The notes: generated from the sequence alone by a model not told the origin. 61,507 nucleotides of DNA, filler included, from Sphacelaria rigidula (GCA_964200075.2; 9 parts of 9 records of this genome joined end to end with filler, not necessarily neighbours in it); one strand, 5' to 3'; counted from the first letter of the whole stretch, positions 35,536 to 48,730 are shown. A program made the numbers and translations.

Positions 35536-36578
35536 CCCTTTTGGGACCTACCCCCCACTAACACAGGGTTGACCCTCTCTTAGTTGAATAATACTCAGTA
35601 GAAAATAAGTCAGGAGCGACCTGCCCAATCACGGCGAGGCGAAACTTATCGACCAGACCCGAACGACCAGCGCGGGGATTGTTGTCGAGTGTGATGCCAC
35701 TGCAAAGATCACGTGGGGGCTCCACCCCTGGCCCAGATAAGCCTTCCTAGATTTCCAAATGCAGGATGGTCGTAGCTTGGTTCTATGGTACTACCTACAT
35801 TCAGTATAGCGTTCCCGAGATTTTCCGGGTTTTTGTGGGTCGCAATTCTATACTAGGATGTAGTAATTACACTGACACAGGGTAGAGCGAGTAAAACAGG
35901 GAAGGAGTGAACATGCTGCAATGTGGTCATTTCAACGAAGCACTAAGCCCAGGTGGGCCGTGGAAAGACAAAAGGAGCTACCGTCATGAATCCTGCTTAT
36001 CCCTCTGCCGATGACTTGCAGTGTGCAGTTAACATGTATGTAGTGAGCGGGGATGAAGAAGCGATACATAGGCAGTTGATCTCGGGTAGCTAAGAATGGC
36101 CCAGAGCGTGCAAGGGAGTATGCAGCGGAAGCTGCTGCTGCAGTCGGAGAGGCGTAGTGCACTGTGCTGTCTGTACTGTACTGTATGCATGCGCGCCGCA
36201 ACGCTGATACCCTTCGAAGAGAATTTGCCGCATGCAACAAAGAGGGAAATCGCGGCCCACCCCGACCACAAAAGGCTGTGCGGCAAGGTGATAGGGACAA
36301 GAATATCATCCAAAGCCACAAGTGGCGGGCGGCCCGCAGGTTGCCGCATCCTGTTGAAAGCTCTCTACCGCGCCCCATACTCCTTGCTACATCAGATGTA
36401 CATTACCTCATGCGCACCCTGCACCTGAAAATAGGTTGGATAAAACTTTTCGTCTTCGTCATAACCCTGCGGTTACATTCGCGGATTTTCAGTAACACGC
36501 CACTGTTTCGTGCAAACGCCAGACACGTCATTCCTAACCAGCCTCATTGGTCGTTCTGGGGGCCCGGTCCCAAAAGGG
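35536..36578. mobile_element. piggyBac-like non-autonomous element in an intron
   Basis: 13-bp TIRs CCCTTTTGGGACC / GGTCCCAAAAGGG flanked by TGAA and TTAA. Confidence 0.6.
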
Positions 36579-36916
36579 TTAATTGACACTCATTCAATGG
36601 AGTTGGGATATTGTTTTATTTTTTCAACTAATTGGTCCAATCGCCTAAGTTTGGTGCTGTTTCACCATAGGGCTACACACCGGAGTGCGCTGGATATGGT
36701 CCCCGTAGCAACATATGGAGTCAAATCCCCCCAGAAGCCCGGCCACTTGAGCACCGGTTGTATAGGGGGGTAAGTAGGTCCGAGAAAACCAGCGTTTGTT
36801 AACCACATGTATTCTTGAAAGGTAACCCCTTGCTCAGGAAGGTTGGTGGACGTACCCTATTCTTTGACACAGTGATTTTTCTAATTTTTGTTGTGTACAA
36901 CCGGCTGTTGTCGCAG

Positions 36917-37105
36917 GACCGACTTTTGGATCCCGAGAAAAGTCTGATGGACGCAGACATCACTGAAGATGGGGAGCTACGGTTGGAGGTTAAAGGCGAC
37001 GACGGTGGTTCTTTGTTCTCAGGCCCACCAATTTCTTTGAGGGTCCGCGTTGGGTCTACCGGCTCGGATGGAAACCCGAGGACATTTACCGTCGAGACGA
37101 CACAA
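36917..37105 (+). CDS. Rad60/Esc2/NIP45-like protein, exon B
   Basis: tcgcag|GAC to CAA|GTGAGG, phase 0; DRLLDPEKSLMDADITEDGELRLEV then ISLRVRV. Confidence 0.8.
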
Positions 37106-37534
37106 GTGAGGACCAGAAAACCTGACCTTGTGTGACTACGCGCGGTTTACAGGGTTGAGGTCGCGTGCTCCTATAATCTCCTTGGCTTTGAGCGGGTAGT
37201 GACGTTGGGTAGTTTCATGCGCAGGAAGGGGCCAACCCAATTGTGGCAAAGGTGCAAAGTTGATCGTTAGTTTGTCCCCTTTACGTGGTACTAAGAGTAG
37301 CATTGTGTCCGCAACATGAACTTTTACATGCACCGTTGGCGTGTGCTTGAACCATGGTGCCATTTTTCAGACCTGGTACTGTATATCTTCATTTAATCAG
37401 TGTCTTGTGGTCGAGTTATTCATGCGTTCCATCCAGGTACAGGTACGTATGCCGTTTGCGGATTATTCAAATACGTGCCAATGTTTCTCTTTGAATACGG
37501 CGTCTCTTCCCTCCTGCTGAATCGTCCATTGCAG

Positions 37535-37657
37535 GACACGAAGTTCTATGCGTTCATGGAGTCCTTCTGCGTGGCTGTTGGTATTCCTGAAAGTCGCGCC
37601 AAAGAGGTGGTGTTCGAGTTCGATGGCGACAAGCTCAATCCCGAAGGGACGCCAGAG
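37535..37657 (+). CDS. Rad60/Esc2/NIP45-like protein, exon C
   Basis: ttgcag|GAC to GAG|GTGTGT; DTKFYAFMESFC...VVFEFDGDKLNPEGTPE is the SUMO-like F.FDG..L....TP motif. Confidence 0.85.
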
Positions 37658-37903
37658 GTGTGTTCTCACTGCAGTGGAAACGCTGTCGCAGCAGCGGAAC
37701 GAACGGAGGTCGCGTACTCAAAGTATTCTCAGTTACTTTTGCTCGTTCGTTTTCATGCGCTTCACTGTGATGAGAGTCTTCATAAATGTTTTTTTGTTGC
37801 GTTGATCTTTTGCGACGTACCTCCCTCCACTTCGGTATGTTTCACCCTTCGCTCGTACGACTACAAACAACATGCAACATCCGCTTTTCCCATTTTTTTT
37901 CAG

Positions 37904-38260
37904 GGAGAAGACATGGACGAGGACGACCTCGTTGACGCTAAGGTACCTGCTAACGTCAGGTCCACCGTTACTGACGCTCCCAGCGTCCTCAAGCTGAGGG
38001 CAAAACCCAAAAGTGACAAAAACCCCCCCAAAAAAGCGACTGCCGCCACCGCGGGGGGCAAAGGCGGGAAGGGATCAAAACGTGCAGCCGTCGAGAGGGG
38101 CTCTTCCGCAATGGCTGCGGCGGCGGGGCAGGCAGGACCATTGGGCGGCCGTCAAACCCGGTCGACTCGATCTACTCGTAGTAGTTCTCGATCGGGTGGT
38201 AGTGGCAGCAGTGCCGCGAGCATGGCAGATGACGCGGATGTCGTCGTCTTGTCGGACTGA
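37904..38260 (+). CDS. Rad60/Esc2/NIP45-like protein, last exon
   Basis: ttttcag|GGA; GEDMDEDDLVDA completes the SUMO-like domain with no di-Gly terminus; basic low-complexity tail; ends DVVVLSD*. Confidence 0.8.
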   Translation, partial: GEDMDEDDLVDAKVPANVRSTVTDAPSVLKLRAKPKSDKNPPKKATAATAGGKGGKGSKRAAVERGSSAMAAAAGQAGPLGGRQTRSTRSTRSSSRSGGSGSSAASMADDADVVVLSD

Positions 38261-40973
38261 AGCAAGCTGGTGTTGAGGTGTGAACTGGGGGATCTTGTTC
38301 GATTCAAGGGGATGGGGGTCGGGATATTGCACCAACCTCTTCCCCACGAGTCCCGTGATTTGAGCAGCGCTTCGTTTAACTTTTCTCATACCTAGTCGTT
38401 ATCCTTTAACGGGACGAATTGTGGACCAGGTGGTTGATCTTGCGCCTTGCAGGAGAAGGGGTACACGTCGCCTGTACAATCGGAGGACAAGTACAACGAA
38501 GTTGTGAAGACGAGAGGGTGGGGCGGAGCGAGCTTGACTCGGTCATTGACTTGCAGCCCGAGGTGTGGTACACCGCGAAGCCGCGGGCCCGGGGCGGAAG
38601 GGGGGCGGTGCAGCGATCGTATCTGCTTGGGAACATTTGTGACATTGGTGCGGATCCTGAGGGTATGCTATGTGGTGTTACTTCGGTATAGGCCGATTTA
38701 CGTACCCGGGGGCAAATGTTGTGGTCCGAGCACCTTTTGTGACTGGCCCCTTGGTACGATCCCAAAGTCAAGATCTTTCAGACCGAGCCTTAGAGGGACG
38801 GGAGAGGGATACAGTGGAGTGCCGTCGTCACGGCGATGTAATCTTGCTTGTTCTCTTGTTTTGACGACTCATGTGCCATGTGGAAGTAGCGGACCCTCGC
38901 CCCCAAACAAGCCGGTATCAGCGAGAAACGCTCCACGCAAAAATGTTTGCGGCAGCAAGTGGTGTTTGTGTCAACGATCCCGAATTCGGACGACGGCCGC
39001 TGGTTCTTACTCCCTACAGTATTCCAATGCCCTCCCAATTTCACGAAATACTTCACAGATTGGATCACTGTCACCTCGATATGTTCATACACATGCGCGC
39101 GCGGGAGATTGTTTTCACATAATAGAGTTACTAGCCGCGATCTGACCCCACGGCTCACGTGCAATATCGCCGGGTGGTACACCGTGTTCAGCTGATATTT
39201 GTCTTTTCTCCGTATGCGATGGGAGGTGATTGTGTTCTCGAATCATGCTCGAGCTTCCCGTTTGATGTACATAAAAGTGTGGTTTGATGACGGTGTCAAA
39301 TTGTGGTGCGTGTTTTCCCGCTGCAAACATCGGCACAGACGTCTCAAGTTGTGATGTGCGCTCTGTTGAGTAGCTGTGCAGCGTAGTATAGATTCGGCGA
39401 CAACATTGTGTGTACAAGGCACGAAATGGTGGCAAGCAGGCGAAGACATTTTTGTGCATCCAAGGTGGGGAGTGGGTCGACAAATCCTCATAGGGGAGCT
39501 TTATACGTTGCGGAGAGGCGCATGCGTGGGGATGAGAGTCTGAGGGGGCATGCGTCGTCATTGCGCTACTGGAGCAAGAGATGGATCGTCTGCAGCGTGC
39601 AGCGCGGGCATGGTTTCGTTCCCTGTTTAGGTCGAAATATTTTCCAGCGGTAGCCAGTCTAGCTGTCACATGCGTGTCGCGATTTTCTTGTACTGTAATG
39701 TATTTAGGCCTGACGCCCAGGAAGCCCGCTGCTCGGGGACGACATGCTCTTCGCGCTTGCCTTATTTCGTGTTTTTCTGTACGTTGGGTAGGGCAGCCAG
39801 TGCATGATGAGGAGACCATGAAGTACCGCCGACGACCACTTTGCAAGACCGAGCTGCGAGCCGTTCTTCGGTGAGCATTCTGCTCAACATCCGCGAGTTT
39901 GGTTTATTTGTAAACTTCTTCAGGGCGTTGCGGAACGAATAATCTGCTGATCGCTCGTAGTATATCACGTAGTGGGTGCTGCAAATTACGCACCAGCCCG
40001 GGAAAAATCGTTCGGATATGGATGGGTGACGATTGGTTAAAATTGCGAGTTGGAGGGCGTTTGAGTCACCACCAACTGAGTTCACATGATGCAATGCTTT
40101 GCTGGCAGGAGTATTATTTAGGATGAATCGGTATACAGACCCGGCCCGCTGCTCGGAGGCGTGAACTTGGGACAAGGTCTAACCTGTTGACGATCATACG
40201 AGTCTTCGACTCATTTTGATGTGAAAATGATGCCAAATAAATAGAAGGTCCACCCTGGTGGTAAAAAACGATTGAAAGATGCTTGTTTCATTGAGCTGAA
40301 GAACGGCCGTGAAGTCTATTACGCTGAACAGTGAAAGCAGAAGTGTGAGCCCCGTCTCTTCTGGTCAAGTTTCTTTTTCTGGTAAGGGCCGTTATTATCT
40401 ACACAATTTTTTGGGAGATCGTCCTAATTTTAGGCGTTTTCTCACTTTTTTTCGCACCTTCTCCCACAATGAAGCGGCGAGATTTTTTCGCCAAGCCTTC
40501 ACGTTTGGCGAAAGTCCGATTTTTCACACCCCAGCACAATACTCTGCAGAGCTGCCCTTCGCGCACGCGGTGGCGCTCGCTAGCATGCGATAGTCATCAG
40601 GAACCTTGGTAGTGACACCCTAGGCTATTTCGTAAAGTAAAAAGCACCGCGGGGTGGCGGTATCTATCTCCTTAGACGATGTGCGCCCCGGCAGCGGTGT
40701 TGGAGCTTTTGGGGTCAAGCACGGTTTTCGTCGTTTGCAGACGTACGCACTTTCGAAGTGAAGATCAGAAACAATCCAGTAGCTATTTACTTGCCTGCTG
40801 TGCTGCTACGTGTGTACGCTACCGCACCATCTCAAAATTGTATAGCTGGTTTAATTGGGTGCATCTGCGCATACAACTCACAGAAAGCAAGCATGCTGCA
40901 ATCTATCTACGGGGCTTTTTACGGTCGGTATTTTCACTCATGTGTGCTGCTCCAGCATCCCGAGAGAGCCGGT

Positions 40974-41073
40974 NNNNNNNNNNNNNNNNNNNNNNNNNNN
41001 NNNNNNNNNNNNNNNNNTTAATTAATTAANNNNNNNNNNNNNNNNNNNNNNNNNNNNNNNNNNNNNNNNNNNN
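40974..41073. other. Artificial contig linker
   Basis: Same 100-nt spacer. Confidence 0.99.
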
Positions 41074-41285
41074 GTGTGGTAAGCCTTTGCATGTGCCCCT
41101 GTCAACCGGACACGTGTGTTCTCCTTCGAGGTGTCCGGAAATCTCCTCTCCAGAGAGGATTTTTGTGCACGTTGTTGAGGGGATTTTTTTTTGGGGGGGG
41201 GTGGTATCGCAGCGACCAATCACTGGTCGTTTTTGAAAAAAGGGATTTTGAAAAAGGCGATTATCCCCTTCGTTAAGAAGGGCCG
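41074..41285 (+). repeat. Dispersed repeat (second copy at 53090-53290)
   Basis: gcctttgcatgt...cttcgaggtgtccggaaatc...gtggtatcgcagcgaccaatca shared by both copies. Confidence 0.85.
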
Positions 41286-42899
41286 TTACAACTGGGCAAA
41301 TTGACCATTTTAAAAACTTTTTATCGGAAATTTATGAAGTTTGCGATGCTGAGCAAGGGTCTATGGGGAAAAACAAATCAGACACGGAGCTTCCCCCCCC
41401 CCCGCCGCCGCTCTTTTTGATTGCAACTTTTCGAAAATTGTTATGATTCTTTTCATTTTTTTCTTGATATTGTTGGAGATATTTATCAAGAAACACTGAC
41501 AAAAACCTGAAAATAGTCCCTGCCGCTACTGCTGCTTTTGCTCAGTTAGTGTAGTCAATCAATTTGGGGGGCAAAACCTGAGCATATACTGAGTCTAAAG
41601 CTGAAGTTTGTGGAGTAGGGGCAAGGTCAACAACGTGACGAGCGATCGCATTCCTGTGGCACACGGCAGCTCCTTCATCTTACGCCTACTGATTTAGACC
41701 AATGTTAGCCCAAGATTATGGACCGCACCCGATCGTTCCTGGTCGGGACTCTTTTGCGACTGTTCGGTTGCCTGTGCTTCCGTAGTAGCGTCTAAGTGTT
41801 GCGTTAAGCACTGGATACCTCCCATGTCATGTCTTGGACACCGACTGCGTTTTCCCCCTTGTTTCATTCTTGGTTCAAAACTCATGCTTCTGTACCCGCG
41901 ATCGACAAACCTCTTTCACGCAGAATAGAGAAGAAAAGGTTCGCGCAGCCCACGTACCCGAATTGTGAGGGAACGGTTTGGAAGGGACCTTCTAGGCGTC
42001 TGTTCGTAACCATTGAGTGGACATCCGACATATGTTCGTTTTGTGGATTGGATTGTCAGTCATGTCATTTTTTCATTGCTTCGATTCGCTCTATTTTGCT
42101 CAATATATGTATATTTTCCCTCGGATCTTCAGCCATGTTCGGCGTATTGACGATGTAAACCTTATGTCAAAGTTCCACGCCGTAATCCCTCAAACTGAGC
42201 GATGCACAGGTGGTTGAGCACAAAAAATGATGCTTGACTTGCCCAGCTGTAATTCTGACTGATTTACGGGATTCACCGGTACTCGCGATCAATTTTCGAC
42301 CGCAAGACAACAAATGGAATAGGTGGCCCCCTTGAAGGAAGTATACGCCAATATTTCACAAGCACCTTCCACACGGCTGAGCAAAAACATAATCTTGACC
42401 GGAGCTCACAAAAGTGCTGTTGTTTTATCGTTATTGACGGATAATGACATTTCGTTTTCTTCTCTTCAGAAGTTTCGAAGATATATATTTTTTCCTCTCG
42501 TGAACTTCGGTAACTTCGTGCGCATCGGGTGGTTACAAATGGTGAAGCATCAGCTGCTAACCCTTGAAAAGTAAGCCGTGCAAAGCTGGTCGGGTAAGAA
42601 ATGGACCGCTGCTCTCACCTCGTGCACATCCGCACCTGCAGCACATCAGGTAAATAGTCTAACAAAACACCTGGACACCATAATGCAATGTACCAGCACT
42701 AGTACGGTAGCACGGACCCCCTCAGTCGTGAGCGTGGAGGAGCGTTTCTCCTGCACCGGAAACGCTGTCCGGCAACGCTTTTGAAGCAGGAGCAAAAACT
42801 ATCCTTCGTGAGGCGTACAACACCAAGTCATTGAAAAAAACGTCAAGGTAATTCTACCGAACCGGTCGAAAAGATCGCATGAGGGGACTAACAAAACCA

Positions 42900-44400
42900 C
42901 CGCCCACAACCGCACATTTTAAGTTCTCATCCCAGTTGATTCTGTTTGGGTTGCTTGGTGGCGTTTTCCGCGAGGCGTTCCATCGATAGGGGATCGATAA
43001 CCTGGTTCTCGAGGTCAGTTACGATAGTCATAATAGAAGCAAATGAATCGCAACCCATTAGGTTTGGAGGAGACGATATTCTTCTTGTCTTGACGTGATT
43101 CTGCTCACGGGGATTAAGATTGATACCCGCAAACTTGTCGCGTGTCTTCGGCCCACCAAACGACGCTCGACACTGCTTGTGGTGCATCGTTCGTGAGGTC
43201 CATCTGCGGATAGGTACAGCCTGGCCAACTTCCCGAGAGGCGGATAAGGTTTACGAACTTGGGTATCTGCGAGCGGCTTGATATTGAACGGAAGACCGTA
43301 GTCTTCAACTAATGCCCTCCTCGTTCGCACTTTTCCCAGGATTGCAACCGGATATGTGCAATCTGTGAACACTTCACAGCATGTATGAGGGTTCCAAACC
43401 CCGCCCCACCACGTAGAATGTTCACTGCGCAAATGGTCACGGGAACATACAACAATCTTTTTAGCAGCAAAAAGTTGTAGGATCGTGTAACGGAGCGGGC
43501 GCTTTGAAAAAAGTGGATGCTGCTTTTCGCATTTCGTTACGAGACAGAAATGCTGCACTCCACGGGAAAAGAAGCAGACGGGTGCAGCCAAATCTTCGTT
43601 ACCTTGAAAAAAAAGACAGAAATACGATTCGAAAACTGCCACCAATGCCCACACCTGCTTTCTCCTTCATGCGGTCGTTGGCGAGTCGTAGTGCCTCAGC
43701 GATAAAGCTCACCTCGACTTGCACAAGAAACACGAAGGATATCGCCGTTGATTGGTGACACAGGGAATGACAGCTCTCGCAAGCGAAGAACGCACGCTGC
43801 GCGCCCTTGAACGCAATGGATATCGGTCACGCCAGCGCGCATGATTGATATCGTATTATACTAGGCGGTATCTGTCTATTGGGAGCACATACACCGCCGG
43901 ACCTTCATTACCTGGGACCTTTCCCTTGCGAAAGCTTTCCTAGATGTGTCGAACGCCTACGAGCGGAGTCGAACCTATCGTCCTCGAGTGTTCGACATAC
44001 CTCCTCGGTGCACTCGTTGTCACTTCGCCGACATTAGTGAGTCAGTGTTCAGAACCCATAATCATCGTAACGACGACATGGGTGTGCAGACACATTGTCG
44101 TCCGTCCCTGGCCCTCGGAGCACGGCCCCCCGTTAACACCCTGTAGACCACGAGCGGCAACAATTCTCTGTGAGTGAAAACTGAGAACAGAGCTTGATGC
44201 AGCGCCTAACCTTCTTGTTTATCTCCTCTTGTTCGTACGATACCAGTGCATGAGCAAAAGAAGCAAACACAGTAAGGCCTTCTGCATGCGTTACAAAATA
44301 GTCATGCTGTAACGGATTTCAAGCCATCACCACAAGCTGTCAACTACGAAGGCACGACAAATCACTCTCGTTTTTTCTCTGCAAAGTATTTTTCACCTCC
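42900..44400 (-). mobile_element. Probable decayed KDZ/Zisupton-type transposase pseudogene
   Basis: Minus-strand fragments PCSEGQGRTTMCLHTHVV (SWIM-like), YPVAILGK...LVEDYG, and HHKQCRASF...FAGINLNPREQNHVK...LMG.DSF resemble KDZ catalytic-region motifs; many stops and frameshifts. Confidence 0.4.
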
Positions 44401-45632
44401 CCTTACACAAATAGCTCTCTGCTCTCCGTCCTCCTCCGGTTGCTGACCGCAATGTACCCTTACGCCGTTTGTCATCGTACCAAACGTAAGTCCACCCCTC
44501 AGAGAAAGATTGGCTGTTGCGTCGCCCGCATTACGCAGTATCCCGTCTCCCCCAACTTTGGTTCCAATGAAACCTCACAAGCGCCAGCCTTGCGGCACAC
44601 TATCATGATTCGGTCGACCTCATTCTGTCCCAGAATTTCCGCGTTCCCCACCGCAGACCCCAACTCCACAAAGTTTCCTTCGGCGATGCCAACTGAAGTG
44701 GGTTGTTCGCCCGGTGTATCCGAGGCGGGGACGTCGTGTTGGCAAGACCAACACGCCCTGTTCTCTCCCCTCCCACTTGCAGAAGCAACGGCCGACCTTA
44801 TCCTGGAAATGGAGAATAGGCTGGGGAAGGTATGTACTTGTGGGATAAGGAATTTCCCGGCATCAGAGATTCGCCGCTGAAACGCGCTGGACGCGACATG
44901 GGCAATAATTCAATATCCGGTCAGCAGTACGTGAGCAAGCGGCGCCGACTCACCTTTTCACGGTTCAGACGAATCATCACGGGTTCGAATCACCAAATCG
45001 ACGAGTTCTTCGACCTGATTGCCCAAACGGGAGATAAAAGTTGACCGCTGATCCAAGGGGTATCCACGCAAAGTTTGCGCCATTCCACGTGTCTGGGGTT
45101 GCGTGTACCTGAGTTGTAACGCTGAAAACAAAGCCTAGGGATTGATTCGTACGGTACGAATCAATGACTCTAAAACCAAGTAATTTCCAGACGAATCATT
45201 GATTTGTCCGACCCTTGCACCCTTTGCACTTATGCCGCGTGCCAGCTCTGTGCCCCCTATTTATCACAACAAGAAGCCGGCCGCTACGTGTTGTTCGGCA
45301 CACGGGGTGTACATACTTCGGCGACACAGCATCCAGCTCCTCGCGTGCTGAAGAGATGACGAAGGAGCTCCACTGTATGTGTTCAGGGCGAATATTCTTT
45401 GAGGCTCTTTGCACCGTCAGTGCTTCGTGGTGGGGGGAATCACCCGCTCTCTCCCTCCTCCTTATACAGCTGAGGTCATACACGCACAAACGTACAAGAG
45501 ATGACGTCGGGCCGTCACAAAAGTGCACAATACGAAAACAAGATCAGTTTCCTCTCATGATCGTGTTGTCAGCAGTGTCGAACGGTCTTACGCGACGCAG
45601 GTCATGCGATCGCGAGCGCGAATGTTTCCTGC

Positions 45633-45711
45633 CTGCTCCGTCTCGGAAGGGATGTGTGGTCAATGGTCAAATGACTAAGGCAAGCAATAAATAAGAACGC
45701 CCCCCTCCCCA
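45633..45711 (+). mobile_element. RTE-like 3' tail fragment ending in a C-run
   Basis: tgctccgtctcggaagggatgtgtggtcaatggtcaaatgactaaggcaagcaataaataagaacgccccc. Confidence 0.85.
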
Positions 45712-47818
45712 CCACCACGATGGGAGACAAAGCACAAATATACGAGCCAGGGGCGAAGAATGCCAAAGAACCAAGAAGCAGAAAGGCAACATATGACTGA
45801 GTTGCTCACGCGTAGCATCGGTACCTGGCTACCGCATCTTCATCGCAGAAGCAGGATTGGTCCAGCGCATAGGAACCTTCGGGACTTCCGCAAGTCCATC
45901 GGGCGTTTACATCTTGATCAGCGCACGGTTTGACATCACCAACGCACCCTCTGCCCTGTACGTGATCCACCACATATATAGCAACGCTACGTCATTCGCG
46001 AACTAGCGGTGTCACCTCCTCGTCGAAGACCTAGAACGGGCGGCGCCAGCTTCCCTCACACGTTTTCAACACGACCATTGAGTCGATTCCCTCGCCGCCC
46101 TCTTCTCCGGGGTGTTACTGCTGACTCCGAACGCCCTTTACGCTATTGCTGGAATCCCTCCGCAACTACGTCGTACGGTACATGAGGAGTGGAGGGGGGG
46201 AATCGTGTTATTCACTGTGAATCAACCTCCGCAACGCACGATGTTGTTTGTCGTCGTCGAAGCAGTTCCTCTAAGAATGGGGTTATCACACTAGCACATC
46301 CGGCGGAGAACTTCCCCCCTCCCTTAAAAACATTCAAGTGACGGACATAACAAATGAGCGGTACACCTCGTTACGCTTCAGCTCAGCGGTTGCGTTATCC
46401 TGTTCAGGTCGGAGTAAAGGGGGCTGAGTTCTTGTACAAATTGGTTAGACGGAAAAGCCTATGGTGACGACTGGTTGGACGAAAATTATACCGAAGAGAC
46501 AAACCGGTCGAGACCAATAGGTCAGACACTTCAAGAGCCGAGTGAAGAAGGGTCGAGCACGTAAAGTCAAACATGAAGGTCTATGGCATGAAAGGAGGAG
46601 ACGTAATCTTTCATGGCGCAAAGAGCTGGTTTTGCTGAAATATTGTGTAGCTTGGGATAACCCCTACTGTCTTCACTCTACTGTGCTCTCTTTACTGTCC
46701 TTTCGCCGGCTCTTCATCGGCTCTCTTTTTTAATAAAATAGTTGGTGTTTTATTCTGTGTTGGCCGTATAAGTGCCTGTGGAAATGATTGACTCCGTTGT
46801 TTGACTCTCCAGCGCAAGTGCTCAACCGCCACAGTGCACCCTCTACGAGTTTCCCGTTATCGAGATAGTAGAGCTTCGTTCCCGTTGTCAGCACAATCGA
46901 ACAAGCTCTGCAAGCTTTTCCCTCTTCCATGCACATGCGTTGAGCGAACTCCTGTCTGTCGGATAGTGTGGAACAATTATTTCTGCATACCCCATACGCA
47001 GACAAAGCCACAGTTTTTTTCAGTGTACTTCACGTGTTCTGCTCAAGAGAACGGCGTGGGGGCTACAATGGGCATGGCATGTAGTGGAGGCGGTGAGAGA
47101 TGCGACAGACGGAGCCCGCAAGACCCTTCGATCTGTTCAGAATTCCTCGTTTCAAACTTACTTTTTTTTAAACAAATTGGAATACACATGTCATTTCAAC
47201 GGCAGGAGAGATGTTGAGAACAAAAAGCAAATACACCAAGCTCGGCAACGACGCACGCACACCGGCACGACCGACGGGGGTACCGTCGTCCGACGATGTG
47301 GTGCTAGATGCACCTGTCGAGCTCTTTTTATTTCGGCACGGAGATGTGGCACATGATACCACATGCGATATACAAAACTGCAATCCGATGCTGTGCGACT
47401 TTCGCACCTTGTACTCTTGCGGGCACCCTAGGACGTTGACACACACAGTATCCGGCGGGCTTTAAGGCTGTCCAGTTCATCCCATTATATCATGAGCAAA
47501 ATCACACGCCTCCATCGCCACCGCCGCCGCCACCGCCGCTCCGGCCACCTCCCCGATCTCCATCCCGCCGCTGCAGCTGCCACTGCTTTCGCCCCCATCC
47601 CCGCCCCCCCGACGGCAATGCCCTTCGGGGACCCTGGGACGGTGGCACACATCGTATTTCGAACGGTAGAACGATGAACAGTCCAATACAGCGCCCCCTG
47701 CGCAATACCACACGCCTCCGTCGCCGCCACCACCATCGCCCCCGTTCTCATCTTCCCCCCCCCCCCCCACCCCACACAAACAGAGCAGCCGAACAACTGA
47801 CCCGCCCGTCCACAGGAC

Positions 47819-47918
47819 NNNNNNNNNNNNNNNNNNNNNNNNNNNNNNNNNNNNNNNNNNNNTTAATTAATTAANNNNNNNNNNNNNNNNNNNNNNNNNN
47901 NNNNNNNNNNNNNNNNNN
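47819..47918. other. Artificial contig linker
   Basis: Same 100-nt spacer. Confidence 0.99.
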
Positions 47919-47972
47919 TAATAATAATAATAATAACAATAATAACAATAATAACAATAATAATAATAATAA
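47919..47972. repeat. (AAT)n microsatellite at contig start
   Basis: Directly visible. Confidence 0.9.
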
Positions 47973-48084
47973 AGCTGACGCGAAAATTTCGTGTTCGAAG
48001 AGGGATTTCAACAGAGAAAAAAATATGTCAGTTGTGCACACGTGGACGATCAGTGCGTTCTACCGCGGTTAGTGGGAACATGCT

Positions 48085-48307
48085 GTATCTTTCTGTGCTT
48101 TGCTCGTGTTCACTTTTTTTCATTACTTTTTTTTGTTACGACTTAGTCTGCTCTGTCGTTCCGTTCGACTTTTTTTTTTCTGTTCCCTATTTTCTCCAGA
48201 GCGTGTTTCAGTTTCGTTTTTCTTGAGTACGTCTATCATGACACCACGGCTGGACCCCTGGGGGGGGTCAGTTAAAGTGCGACAATCAATCAATCAATCA
48301 ATCAATC
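48085..48307 (+). mobile_element. Family T 3' fragment with (TCAA)n tail
   Basis: cagtttcgttttt...ccacggctggacccctggggggg-tcagttaaagtgcgacaatcaatcaatcaatc. Confidence 0.85.
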
Positions 48308-48691
48308 GATGCTCACACAGAAGACTGACTACAGTTGTGCGGGGCGCTGTATCGGTGCTCAGGTTGTGGAGTCTGGGTTCGTGGATACGGGCACCTCCTT
48401 CGCGCTTCTTTCTCTATTGCAGCTATTCACAACATGTCGTCCAGGCTGTGACGTACTGTAGTGGATTTCAAAAACCAATCATGGGTGAGAGGTTGATAAT
48501 GGTGGCCTATCCCTTTCGGCGCCCAGTGGTGTACGTGACCTCGGGTTGGCCTGCCTATTCGGGGGGGGGGGGGGGGGGGGGGGGGGGGGAATTCTTGTTT
48601 TTTGGTGGGGCAGAACACCTCGACGCAAACAGGGGGGGGGGGGGGGCCGGGGGNNNNNNNNNNGGGTTAGGGGGGTGAGGGGGGGGGGGGG

Positions 48692-48730
<39 letters not shown>

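Noticed and set aside
48560..48730. Functional G-quadruplex cluster
   Set aside because: Contains an N gap and very long G runs, so sequence quality is doubtful.
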